A stretch of 63,984 bases of DNA, the filler included, from Rhabdomonas costata (taxonomy: Eukaryota), in assembly GCA_019059605.1 (NCBI GenBank). It is 37 parts of 37 records of this genome, joined end to end, with 100 filler letters (N's around TTAATTAATTAA, not from the genome) between each part and the next. Parts side by side here need not be neighbours in the genome. Positions count along the whole stretch, not along the records: positions 12,142 to 13,773 come from JAHMHO010011637.1; positions 13,874 to 15,505 come from JAHMHO010011638.1; positions 15,606 to 17,238 come from JAHMHO010011639.1; positions 17,339 to 18,970 come from JAHMHO010011640.1; positions 19,071 to 20,702 come from JAHMHO010011641.1; positions 20,803 to 22,434 come from JAHMHO010011642.1; positions 22,535 to 24,166 come from JAHMHO010011643.1; positions 24,267 to 25,898 come from JAHMHO010011644.1; 29 more parts are not named here. One strand, 5' to 3'. Under the pieces are notes generated by a model. The model was not told the DNA's origin. It saw only the letters and a list, made by a program, of their open reading frames with translations, and did not search any database. The position numbers were made by a program, and so were the translations under genes. Positions 13,001-24,812 of this stretch are shown here, in pieces. The first letter of the stretch is position 1. Every line of letters begins with the position of its first letter.

Positions 13001-14268
13001 AAATGAACGCTTCTTATCGGATGGGGGGCTCAGTTGGTGGAACTTTTGGGCGGGGTCGCTGAGCCGGAGCCCCGGTCCTCCAGTGCGTCTTTCAAGGCGA
13101 CCAGTCCGATCGCCCCTTCCCCCTCCTTCGCCTTGCCGGCAACCCCTAACCAGAGCTTTGCTCGCCGCCCGCAGACCGAGGCCAGTGGGAAGAGAAGGCT
13201 GGTCAGGTGGATCTTCGTGTGCTCTTTGTTCGTTCTGCAGCTTGCTCTAACCATCGACTGACATTGGGTTGCGATGCAGTCAGCAATGAGGAAGCGAGAA
13301 ATAAACATAAAAACGATTTGTGCCGACAAAGCAAATGTAACCTGTTCGCCTTCCGCTGCACGTTTTGTGTAGTAGTAGTAGTATTGGGTCCCTTTGTATT
13401 TTGCTGAACTGTCGGATGTGAAGTCTCGAAAGAAAAGCAAAATGGCGCGCAATTGCAAAATGGCGCACAATAAAGAACGAGCGATCGTACGTTTCTTTCT
13501 GTGCGTTCACCCAAAAAAGTCAAAGACACCTGAAGAAGTAATTGGCCCATCTTCCTCGGTGCCCACCCTCTAAGGACAGAGCACCCCCATCCCACCTCAG
13601 TTACCCGTCTTACCACCTGCCAGGCGACCTTCCTGAGTTGTATCCGCCTTCACCCATCCACCCGCCCACACACTACGCACTCCTGAAGTCCTATCCCGAA
13701 ATGGAGGCTTTCCACCTTCACTCACTCGCTGGCTAGATCAGCCTTCGTGGGTGTCCAGTGCGCCACACCCCACNNNNNNNNNNNNNNNNNNNNNNNNNNN
13801 NNNNNNNNNNNNNNNNNTTAATTAATTAANNNNNNNNNNNNNNNNNNNNNNNNNNNNNNNNNNNNNNNNNNNNGTTTTTGTGGGTAGGGACGTCATCCAG
13901 GCACGCGCAATTTATTTTTTCTTCCAATCTTGCCTGCTTACGGCTGCGCTAATTTCAATGGACGTTTTTTCTCATCCTGACATTGCGACCAATCGAAAGC
14001 CGCGGTGGACGAACGAATTTCAGGGAGGGGGGGACTGTGACTTAGGATTCAAACGGATGGGTGAGGTGTCCTGCAAGCCTTCTATTCTATCACAGGGGAC
14101 ATTGCTGCGTCACACCGCAACAAAGGTGTTTTTCTGAAAGTCCTTTGAGCCCCATCCTCCTTTACACTGCTCGTTTCACCAGTACACCCCCCCATGACTT
14201 TCGCAACTCTGCACATCAAGAGCTGAGCAGGCCATCAAGAGCCTCGAGAGAGAAGAGGAGTTGTGCTG

Positions 14269-14426
14269 AAGGAGGGATGGGGGGTATACCCCAACCGCTT
14301 TTTGATTTCTTCCCGCGCCTGGAGGAACGCCATGCGGGGATCCGCTGCAAGCTTCCGCACGGAAAGCCAGAAGTACCCCCCGTCGATCACCAGCACTGCG
14401 GGGGGATACCTCGGATCTTCCTGCAT
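14269..14426 (-). CDS. First exon of a possible NYN/PIN-like (LabA/DUF88) domain protein
   Basis: MQEDPRYPPAVLVIDGGYF resembles the N-terminal strand plus DGxY motif of NYN domains. GTATAC donor follows. Later exons were not found. Confidence 0.35.
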
Positions 14427-15980
14427 TGCGGACACTGGAATGTTGAAAAAAGAGCAGGAACTGCACACGAACGGAGCAGCGACTTCACGGTAAGCAGTTC
14501 CTCTGTCTGTGCCTGTTAGCTCAGTTCAAACACCCAGGGGATTTTCCTGTGACAGCAACACACTACCCTCCTATGCACAATTATTTCTTCACAACAACTT
14601 TTGTCGAAGGATTCAGGGGGCCACTTACAGCAAGCTCGGTGGTACTGATTCATAGTAACAACAACAACATGAAAATGTCACAACGTAGAAAAAGGGATAA
14701 TCATCACCACAGCTCCCAATTTTACATACTATCGTTCTTAGGGTTTCTGTGCTACCCGTAAATTTACTGCCGCACCACTCTGCTACCATCCAATATGTAC
14801 GCAATGCCGAGCAATTTTCCACCCCGTTACCAGAAGAGCAAACACAGCACACACTGCCTGCAAATATAGCAGCAAAAGGCGAGTTGCAGGATGCAACGCA
14901 AAAGAAATGCACAAAAGAGCAGAGACCCCAAATCCGCAGCATCAAACGAAACCCATACAGGGGTGACGGGACACCACACCAACGCCAGAGCAGGATCCGT
15001 CGAGGACAAAAACAAACAATCCCCAGCGAAACGTTCCCTCCAGAAAGGTCCCCAGGAGTGTACCTATTGCACCCAGAGAGAGAAAGAGGGGCCAAAAACG
15101 TCAATTCACCTGCTGCACCCATCCGCAACTTCCCAGGATGAACTTCCCACTGCTCCATTCTCTTCGGAAACGTTCGATTTGTCCATATCTCCCAACCTCC
15201 TGCCTTCATTCGGCATGCAGGACCTTCTAAAACATACAGGACCGGAATGAAAGGATGGAGGAGAAGGGCGAGACAGTCGCACCAACCCAAACCTGAGAGA
15301 GCACACACACTGTACCGTAATCGCAGAGTGGAACCCAAAAAAATCAACAAAAAGAATAAAAACAATAGAAGACAACCTCTGCAAGCACCGACTTCATTTC
15401 ACAAAGGCCATCAATCAAAGGCCGAAAACCAAACACGCGAACACATGAAGCGGGCAACCACAACTCGAAATTTCTGACACCCGGATGGGCGCACAGGTTA
15501 CCGTCNNNNNNNNNNNNNNNNNNNNNNNNNNNNNNNNNNNNNNNNNNNNTTAATTAATTAANNNNNNNNNNNNNNNNNNNNNNNNNNNNNNNNNNNNNNN
15601 NNNNNCAGTCCTCGCGTATTTTGTGTTTTTTGTGAGTCTGCTATCAGCGAGCGGAATTAGAGACCGCCTTGGCGGGTTCCAGTCTTGTCCCTTGCCGGGC
15701 TTTGGCACTGACCAAGCTCGCAGTGATTAAGGGCCGGGGGTGCGACGACCCAACGCAAGCTTGCAAAAAACAAAAAAAAACCGGAAGTTTTAAAAAAGAA
15801 TATCAAAGGTCTATCAGTGCTATCAGGTGCTATCAGTGCGTTATCAAAGATGTTCAGCCCAAACCTCAACGTTGAACATCACTTCAAAGTTTAGTCCGAC
15901 AAAAAGTTCTACATTCAACGTTCAAAGCATCCCTGCCAGTAAGCCAGTGGCTTTTCCAAACGAAAGGTCCAAAGGCTTAC

Positions 15981-16329
15981 CCAAAGCACACAGCTTTAAA
16001 AATGACCTCAGTGTAGACCAGGTCGTGCCTGGTCGACTCTTCCAAGCGAGCATGGCGGTAAGCTGTCGGTGGACATGAATTGGGAGAATACAACACAACG
16101 GAAAGGATGGAGATGAAAAGAAGAGCGGCACCCAGGCAAAGCCGAGGGTTTAAAAGGAGAAATGTCATGCCAGATGTCTGCAAACACAGAAAACGAAAAC
16201 ATTTGCTTAACGACAAGAACGACAAGAAAATGCTGCACGCAAAGGGGCTGCAGGTCCAGGCGCAGGGGTTTCGGACTTGTTGCGCTTGGCACCTGCCGCC
16301 TTTTCCACAGCAGCAAGGCGCTTAGCCAT
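15981..16329 (-). CDS. Two N-terminal exons of an unknown protein (MAKRLAAVEKAAGAKRNKSETPAPGPAAPL / PYRHARLEESTRHDLVYTEVIFKAVCF)
   Basis: Phase-compatible GT-AG join. The second exon ends at a GTAAGC donor. Confidence 0.45.
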
Positions 16330-19300
16330 AGCAGGGCTGGACCGAACTGACTGAATGATGGTTGTGTCGTCTCTGGTCCCGTCTGCAAAGTCTCAAACAG
16401 ACCCTGGTAATGGATGTGAGTAAATTGCATCCCCTCATGTAAACGCACGTGTGCAATTTCCAACCCTGGGTGCCCCCTGCATAAAATATGAGCACCAGTG
16501 TATGCATCCGTAAATCACAGATAGAAGAAAAAAGTGTTCTCAGGGGATACAAGAGGAAGGCGTGGTTTGGAATCACCGTCTAAAAATCCACGGAACGGCC
16601 CAAGACCCGCCAAAGACCGGATGCCAAAATGACGCCGAGGCACCATCACCACCTCTGCACTCAACACCCCAGATGCCAAGATGCCACCAGAGCGCAGTGA
16701 GTAACCCTACTAGCATGACGAATGACGAGGTGGGAATTCTGCATGCAACCCAGCCATGGGAATTGAAGCAGAACTGCATCCTGACGCCTGTGAGTGAGAG
16801 TGATGGGTAGAATGATGAGTGTAAGAGTAAGAACAAATGATTGCTGATGCCTGTATTCAACCCAGGTGCTAACATGATGGCCAAGATGCTGCTGCTCATC
16901 CCTGCCGGGGGGCTGTGTCTCGCTACGCATCGTCAACATGCTGCCTCCTCGCTCCGGTGGTGAGTGGAGGGCATCTGGAGGCCAGGGCTGATGTCAGAGG
17001 CATGCTTACACCCAAAGCCACTGCTCCGCAGAATGGGTTGGGCCAACACAGAAAAGGGTGGTTCGGGGGCAGCGGCGGCAAAGAACGGCTGTTTCCAACC
17101 CCAACTGCACAACCCCAGTCAACACACAAACCCACACCATCTCACTCCACACAAATTCCAGCAATCATTTATATTTTTGTGGCCACCTTTTTGCCCTCTC
17201 GCTTCCCTCTCCCACATTCCCACCGACACATGGACCCTNNNNNNNNNNNNNNNNNNNNNNNNNNNNNNNNNNNNNNNNNNNNTTAATTAATTAANNNNNN
17301 NNNNNNNNNNNNNNNNNNNNNNNNNNNNNNNNNNNNNNTGTGTTTGTGCCTGTGAGACTTCTACCAGAGATTCGTAGCAAATTACGTTACCGTTTAAGCA
17401 CCTCTGACAATCATAATGCACCATGTCTGATAGTGGTCATTATTACCAGCGTTAGTTAGTGAATTCTTGCCTCTTGCATGATACACTACTAATTCACCAG
17501 TACACAAAATTATCATTTTTATGTTACAAACTGATGCGTCAAATGATTGCATTGGTGCCACAATGTTTCAGTTGGATTCAGAGGTCGTGCCACTGCACGC
17601 AGCTTTTGCATGAAGCTCACAGAATATCAACAAGGATAAAAAATTACCCGTAAACTAAAAGAAGATGCTTGCACTGGTGGGCGCTTTTGTCGACTGGAGG
17701 CATTACATGCTGTGATTAAATATCAAAATCATAACCCATAATTTAGCCCTGTGGTGCACATTCAAAATTTATTACGCCCATCCACGCTCCATCTGATGTG
17801 GTTGGAAAATTTTTACTTGTACCTCCAGTTGAATGTATCGCACATTACAGACAAACTAACACTGCATATGTCTAGTTGTCGAGTATACAGTTGCTTCAAA
17901 ACAAAGACCACAAGCTGGGTTCTGCTGTTCCAACTTGGCCTATGCCAACACGTCTTGTTGAAAACTTACTTCGTTAAGGACTCTGAGATCATCAAGGATT
18001 CAACCACGCTTCCATTGTGGCATCACGTTTGAGCATTATTGTTCCAAATCCAAGGCCGCGGAGATTATTTTCAGTAATGAGTTGCAGGCCATTGGTGAAT
18101 CAATTGTCTCGTTAGTGGAAGATTTTGCATTGATAATTTCCTGAGATTAATTCAAAGCTACTGCAAGACATGTGAGGCGTGCAAGCAGTAGAAGGATCAT
18201 GATCACCTTCCACGAGTCCGGGTGTAGCAGAGAATGGGTGCAGATGCAGAGAATGCAGTGAAATTACATTTCTTTTTATCGGAACAAAAAGTTTTGTTTT
18301 TGTCCTTACGTGAAGTTTACCCTTCGTACCTTGGGATCTCACGAGTACTACCTGAAGTGGAATATGGACAATGACGTGGCGTTTAAGTCAACTAAATGGC
18401 AAAGCGTGGGTATTTTAGAAACTTTGATCATGATTTACAGCTGTTTGCCGTGTTATTTGTGATTTTTGGAAATTTTTGCATTTTGGCCTGAGTTTAAGCT
18501 GCTACAACTTGATATTGGATGTTTCATCATTGCCATCAATTACATTCCTTCTATTGGCGGTTATTAGGCAACTATATGGACCTTTTTCTGCCAATCTATT
18601 GAGTTTTCTGTTTCTAAGCATATGACAAACCTCTGTTTTAAAATGCAATTACAAGTATGCGGAGCTGTTTTTTACAAGGTTGTGAGTCATTGCGACATCA
18701 TTTCCTACAAGTAATTACCATCATTTAGAAGGAGCAGATGATTTAGGCAACCTCAAGCGCTTCAACTGCAAGTTGGTGGTATGGGAAGACATCTTGATCA
18801 ACCAGAGGAGGATTATCGAAACCAGCTAGAATCTTTTGTCTCTGGCACAGTTGGAAGTGTTTTTACTGTAAAAGTGTAAACACTTAGTTCACAATAGTAA
18901 TCAAAAGATGGCAATAGTGCATCTATGACACCACTCAGCAGTTTGGCTGAAGCATTCCCCCCACACACCCNNNNNNNNNNNNNNNNNNNNNNNNNNNNNN
19001 NNNNNNNNNNNNNNTTAATTAATTAANNNNNNNNNNNNNNNNNNNNNNNNNNNNNNNNNNNNNNNNNNNNGGGGGGGTGGAGTTGTTCAGTCGCTATCAA
19101 CTTCAGCGTTAGCGACTGAAAGATCTAGTGATGCACCTCGCCACATTATTGCATAGTTCAAAAGGCCTCCATAAAAATAACGCTTTCGCGCCATAGCCAG
19201 AAAATTTTCCAAAAAAATATTCATATTGAATGGTATGGTAGGAGTCGTTTTGCAATCGTAACGCATACAGCTTCCGAAAAAAAGGACAGTTCATAGTACG

Positions 19301-19496
19301 TTCCTCTGTGAAGGACTGCACGGCCCATCTGAACTTTCTACCTTCCTGGTTGCCCATGAGATGGTCCAGGTGCTTCTGAATCCCCAAGCAATTACAACAC
19401 AATTACAACACATGAGCACATCGCTGGTTGATGCTTCTCTGCAGCAGTGAGCCCTCCACAGATGATAAGCAAGAACCGACCAATGGCCTTGCACAC

Positions 19497-20482
19497 CTCG
19501 CCAGCACTTGCCGCAGCAGCTGCCACAGCGTCCCCACCACAGCCACGCGGTAGTCGTCAAAGGCCCGGAGCTTCTCGGCCTGCGCCAAGTGCACCCGCTC
19601 GCATACAAACAGCGCGCGCCGGCCGTCGTGGAGCTCCGCACTGACGGAGTGGGCCTCTTCGGCGGAGTCCCGCAGGCTCTGAGAGAGCGAGGCCGTGTCG
19701 CGGTCGTAGGCCGCGCGGAGCTCGTCCACCTCTCGCAAGGCGTGGCTCAGGCTCTAATCGAAAGCACATGGTTAGTCGGCCTTCTAAAAATGCATCAAGT
19801 TTATCAACGCTGCAGAGGCGAATTCCTCGCCCTTTCATCCTAAGTTACACATCACCTTGAATATTCAGTGTCTCCCGGTGGACCTGAGTGATGTGGACAA
19901 ACAGGGGTATTTGGAAAAAACCACAAGGAACAATGGGGTATCAAGGATAAAACTAACGCTTCGACACACACACATACACACACACACACACACACACGCT
20001 AACATTCACCCGAGGCGCCCAGCAAAAACGCGACGCGATGCAAATGCAAACTGAGTGGTGCAGAAAGGGCGCAGAAAGAGAAGCAAAACAAACATGCCCG
20101 CTTGGTGGCGTCGAGCTCTCTGGCCAGGGCGTTTTTACTGAAAAGCTCCCGCTCCAATGCGGCCACGCTGTGACAACGATTAAGAATTGGCGCTTTTTGC
20201 GGCGGCAATCGTCCCAAAGCGGGAACCCTCGGAGTTCCGCCCCACGTTAACTCAGGAAGGCCGTCCCGGAAATAAATCCAATAAAACGTCAGTGGTCACC
20301 CCACGGTCATTCACAATCCAGCCATTCCACCATTGGTCCAAAAACTGAAAGGGAATTTCGAGACAGGCGGGCACAGAAAGCAGGTGCCCACACCGAAAGT
20401 CGAGCTCCTTCCTCTCCTTTTGTAGCACAGCAACACGGTGCTCCGAGACCCGCAGCGCCTCCTCCTTCGCGTTGAGTTCAAT
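19497..20482 (-). CDS. Coiled-coil protein fragment, 4 exons (20482-20394, 20167-20098, 19883-19851, 19753-19497)
   Basis: Heptad-like peptides (IELNAKEEALRVSEHRVAVLQKERKEL; SLSHALREVDELRAAY). All junction phases agree if the second intron uses a GCATGT donor. Confidence 0.7.
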
Positions 20483-21649
20483 CTGAGCCAAGCCAAGGAA
20501 AAGCCTTCAGCTCACACATTACAGCCTTTCCCACCAAACAAGTAGACATAATAAGCAGACGCGTGCACGGGCGATCCGGTTAGTGCACGAACGAGGAAGA
20601 ACAGGACAGGGCCTTGCACTGAACCGAATCTCGTTTCATCACTCAATCAGTCATTCCCCAAAACCCCCAGCCGCACATGCGATATCGCTGCCTCCGCAAA
20701 CANNNNNNNNNNNNNNNNNNNNNNNNNNNNNNNNNNNNNNNNNNNNTTAATTAATTAANNNNNNNNNNNNNNNNNNNNNNNNNNNNNNNNNNNNNNNNNN
20801 NNGGGGTGTTGGGTGTATTCACTGTCCTCCTGTTCAATGCCTGTACGTTAAATTTCAATCTGGTCAGGCAAAGACCCCTTCATGTCAATAGCAATAATGA
20901 GATTGCTGTAACAGTGATAATGTTACCCTAATTTTCCATTAATTGTTGTGGGGGTTTCCCCTGTTATTTTCTTTGGCTCCATGCTGAAATGGAATCGATC
21001 TCTCAACCTCACATATGTAGATTCTGAAATGTGACTACAGTTTGCGCCGAACAGGAATTTCATCTGCAACAGGCTTCCGCCATGCTTGCTTGTGTGCAAC
21101 AAGGGAATGCCCGTGCTTCCAGTGTCCGAGGTCTTGAAGAACCCTATTTCATGTGAACAGTTAACAAGCGTACCTCAGCGCTTAAATGCTGCAAGGAAAC
21201 CGAGGAGCCCTGGAGGAGGCGCAGAGGGCTGGCGCAGGAGGACGGGGAGGAAGTTGCGGAGTTGGCAACTGACATTGCCGGGACGAGGGGAAACAGAGGT
21301 GAGGTGCAGTAGGATTCTATCACAGCGAGCACACGCACGTTTTGCCAAGCACAGCGGCAGCTGCAAACTTTGCAGCTGCGAACACCAGGAATTCAGGAAG
21401 TCCGCAACGTGTCGTAGGAGGAGGCCAACCCCCGAACACTCGTTTCCGAATCAAGGTGACGCCCTCGGCCTGAAGGTTCAGTGAGACATGCAAGCGGTCA
21501 GCGACCGGAGGCGGTGTCTAATAGCCCAAGCAACACTTGGAGAGATTAAAACGCAAGCCCTGCCGCTCCCCTTCCGTGCAAATAATGTTCTTGTCGCTCT
21601 CAGTTCACTTTGGACCCCTGCTTTTTTTGGTGTTGCTCGGGGCTAAATC

Positions 21650-22385
21650 ATGCGGCTGTTGACCGCAACGCTCGTTGCAGCAGTCCTTTGGACTGCTGTT
21701 GCGTCTGCCCAAGGTTGCACACGATGCGCAAACAGACACAAGCACTCTAAGCATCCAGAAACAGAAAACTTCGAACCAGCCTGGCAACGCAGCACTCCAA
21801 AAAGACCAGAAGGGCAAGTTCTTACCCGGGCAACCCGCTTTTTCTTCGTGCAGGTTCGCGCGCACGCACGCACGCACGCACCTACGGCGAAGCAAAAGCC
21901 GCAGCCGCGTTTTGAGCTGCTCCCGTAACTTTTCTACGTGTGCACTACTTTCGGTGCACGTCCGCACACCACCAAGCAACGGCAAACAAGCTCTGTCCTT
22001 CTGCACGCTCTTCTCTCGCTTTTCGTAGGCTGCAATGTGGTGACTGTGGACGACCGCACCCACGGCATCCTGCTGAACTTTGCCCTGACCAGCCCCCTGA
22101 TGACCCACAACACCCTTCCCGTGTACGCCGCGTTGAACCCCTTCTCGGCGACCAACCAGACCTTCCCCGTGCTGTACATGTTCTTCAACAATGACCTTGT
22201 TGGGACTGGCGCCGGGTGGTCGGTGGCCCCCGTGGTGACTCCAGCGGACGGGCCGTACGTGTACTACCTGGCCGTCGGGGCCTATTCCACGCCGTACGAC
22301 CCGATGATAACGAAGTCCTGGGTGACCGGGCAGCTCTTCACGCCGGGCGGTGCCATGCAGGCCGTGTATGCTGTGGGCTGCAGTG
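21650..22385 (+). CDS. Secreted or surface protein N-terminus (exons 21650-21713, 22029-22385)
   Basis: Signal peptide MRLLTATLVAAVLWTAVASA, phase-1 GT-AG intron, and strong GC3 codon bias in exon 2. Confidence 0.8.
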
Positions 22386-22534
22386 GTGTGTCTCTCTCTC
22401 TCTGCCTTCTGTGCCCCCTTCCCCACCACCCCACNNNNNNNNNNNNNNNNNNNNNNNNNNNNNNNNNNNNNNNNNNNNTTAATTAATTAANNNNNNNNNN
22501 NNNNNNNNNNNNNNNNNNNNNNNNNNNNNNNNNN

Positions 22535-23464
22535 TGGGTTGGTGCGACGTTGACCTCTGGTCCTGAACGTTTGCCAGCTGATGTACCCACCACTCCCTGG
22601 GTGCCCAGTCCGCCTACTGCTAAGAGAGCTCCGGGCTCCGAGCAAGTGGCCCGGTTGCGGACCGGAGTTCTTGATAGTTGCATCGCAGAGCGAGAGCTTT
22701 CTTCCTCTCCAGGGGGCGGTGGACCCCCGGGCGAAGGAGGTGAGTGCAGCTTTCCCACAGGAAGGGACGTTTCTGGAGCTGACGTCAAGACTGCGACCCC
22801 GACACCGTCTTTGGGTTCCAGGAGGCTGTTTTTGCCAAGATCAGATGACAGTACTGGAAGTGCAAAGTCGGGAACAGGGTCCAATGTTTCTCTTGAAGAC
22901 AGTGGAACCCGGTTGACACCCCTCCGAGAGAACGCGATTCGGTTGTGGGTCAGCGAAGTCGTTGCTGCAGCTTCAATCAGCAGTAGCAATACACCTGGCT
23001 GTCGTCCGCGCCATAGGGCTCGAGGTATGTCGATATCAACGGTGCCGTTAACATTAGAGAATCTTTGCCAGCTGCAGAGTTCATTCGACAACTCGGCGCC
23101 TGCAGCGTGCGGGTTTGTTGTGGACAATAGTGTGTCTGACATTCCTGGCGCACCATCACAGGTGCTGCAGAAATTAATGCCTCGAAGCTTATCACCGTCA
23201 CCGCGGCGATGCAGAATCCCAGCCCCCCCTTCATTTGCTCCTGCTTGTGGGTCCCCGTCGGGGCGCGCTCCCAGGCCCAACTGGAGTTCACCTTCCTCAG
23301 ATATAGTGGGAAGTATTCAGGCAGCAAGCTGTTCCTCAACTTTACCCAGTGCCCCGGACAAGAAGTCCTCACATGGACTGCCGAGTGATGAGCTTTCCGG
23401 GACTAACAACGATCCCTATTCGCAGGATGAAGATTCCGGTTCGGTTATGTCTGGGTGGCTCTAA
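22535..23464 (+). CDS. Long Ser/Pro-rich terminal exon of an unknown, probably disordered protein
   Basis: Open frame of about 300 aa running from the contig start to a stop. Low-complexity composition. Confidence 0.55.
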   Translation, partial: WVGATLTSGPERLPADVPTTPWVPSPPTAKRAPGSEQVARLRTGVLDSCIAERELSSSPGGGGPPGEGGECSFPTGRDVSGADVKTATPTPSLGSRRLFLPRSDDSTGSAKSGTGSNVSLEDSGTRLTPLRENAIRLWVSEVVAAASISSSNTPGCRPRHRARGMSISTVPLTLENLCQLQSSFDNSAPAACGFVVDNSVSDIPGAPSQVLQKLMPRSLSPSPRRCRIPAPPSFAPACGSPSGRAPRPNWSSPSSDIVGSIQAASCSSTLPSAPDKKSSHGLPSDELSGTNNDPYSQDEDSGSVMSGWL

Positions 23465-24266
23465 GGCATTATCTCTAACGCTGTGAAGGGAAAGGCAATG
23501 GTCCCACTTCGCCCCGCCGGCGCCCGACGGCGCCCATGGGGCAGAACAAGAACAGAAAGAGTTGCCTTCGCCGCAGAGAGTTTGTGGGACGCTCTAGCGA
23601 AAGTCGCTCGGTGACATTCTGTGATCTGGTCGAGGAAATTCCAGCCCCTTCTGGCTTTCAAGATTCTTGAACCGTCTAATGAAGTTTTGTGCACCTGTTG
23701 TGCATTTGTTGTGCATTCGCACGAGCGCAAAGACGCGGATGTGATGTGGCTTCCCATCTTGTTCGTCAATCATCTGATTTCGTCGTATATTTGTGTAGGA
23801 TTGGTGTTCGATGAAGACTTTCGCACCGGTCGTCTCAATTTTGGCTTGTCCGCGCTTTTGTTAATTTCCTGCTCAGCCTCAGCGCCCACTAGTCGATACC
23901 CGCTAGCTTTTTGCCGTGCTGTACCGCTTGATTTGGTCTGGTTTGAGAGAGAGAGAGGGGGGGGGCGAGATAATTTCGGGAACTCATCTCAATCATGCAT
24001 GTGGAGGTGCTTAACGTGCAGGGAAACACTGTGCAGTGTGCTGTTTGTGAAAGTATTTGTTTAGGGTTTTCGCCTGATTACGAAACAGTAAGTTCACAAT
24101 TTCAAGGGCAAGCAATTTCATGTAGCATTGATATTCGGCGCTGCTTTTGGTGTCTACCACCACAAANNNNNNNNNNNNNNNNNNNNNNNNNNNNNNNNNN
24201 NNNNNNNNNNTTAATTAATTAANNNNNNNNNNNNNNNNNNNNNNNNNNNNNNNNNNNNNNNNNNNN

Positions 24267-24812
24267 GGTGTGGGGGCGGCGTCCAGCCGCACGAAGGAGT
24301 TCGGTGCGACGTACGCTGCGGCGCCGGTGTCCATGCGGACCCACGTGCTGGGAGGCTCCGTGGTGGCCTTGACGGCGTCCCCCGCACGGCCTGCGGGAAA
24401 AGCGCCACCACCATATGCTCTCTCCCTCCCGATCCCACCACTGTGGTGCAATGGAGGCGACTTGCTATTCTCCACAACAATGCTAAAAGGAGTGTAGTTC
24501 ACCCGGAAAACGACGCAGAGTTTATTGTATCGTGAAATGGTACGGGCATTAGTATTTCTTGGCCCCGACTTTCCGTTTCAAGAAGAGCTTCTCCATACCG
24601 AACGGAATCCCAGAGATCCTGCTGGGCAGCTCCAGGCGAGTGCCGGAGACGGTGGGATAGCCGGGTGCCGCCGTGCTGGCAGCCGGGCTGCTGGGCGGCA
24701 GGGTGGTGTCCAGCCGCACGTACGAGCTAGGCGCTAGGTACTGCTGCGGGGCCTCCCCAGCGTCCATCCGAACCCACGTCGAGGGAGGCTCTGTGACCGC
24801 CGAGGAGTCGAC
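24267..24812 (-). CDS. Protein fragment with an internally duplicated module (exons 24812-24599 and 24390-contig end)
   Basis: TEPPSTWVRMD...Y[LV]AP[SN]S[YF]VRLD occurs in both exons. Phase-1 GTATGG...CAG intron. Confidence 0.7.

Noticed and set aside
3983..15845. Short direct duplications (CAGAACCCAGCATGT x2, GCAAAATGGCGC x2, CTATCAG x3)
   Set aside because: Ordinary slippage duplications in non-coding DNA with no spacer structure.
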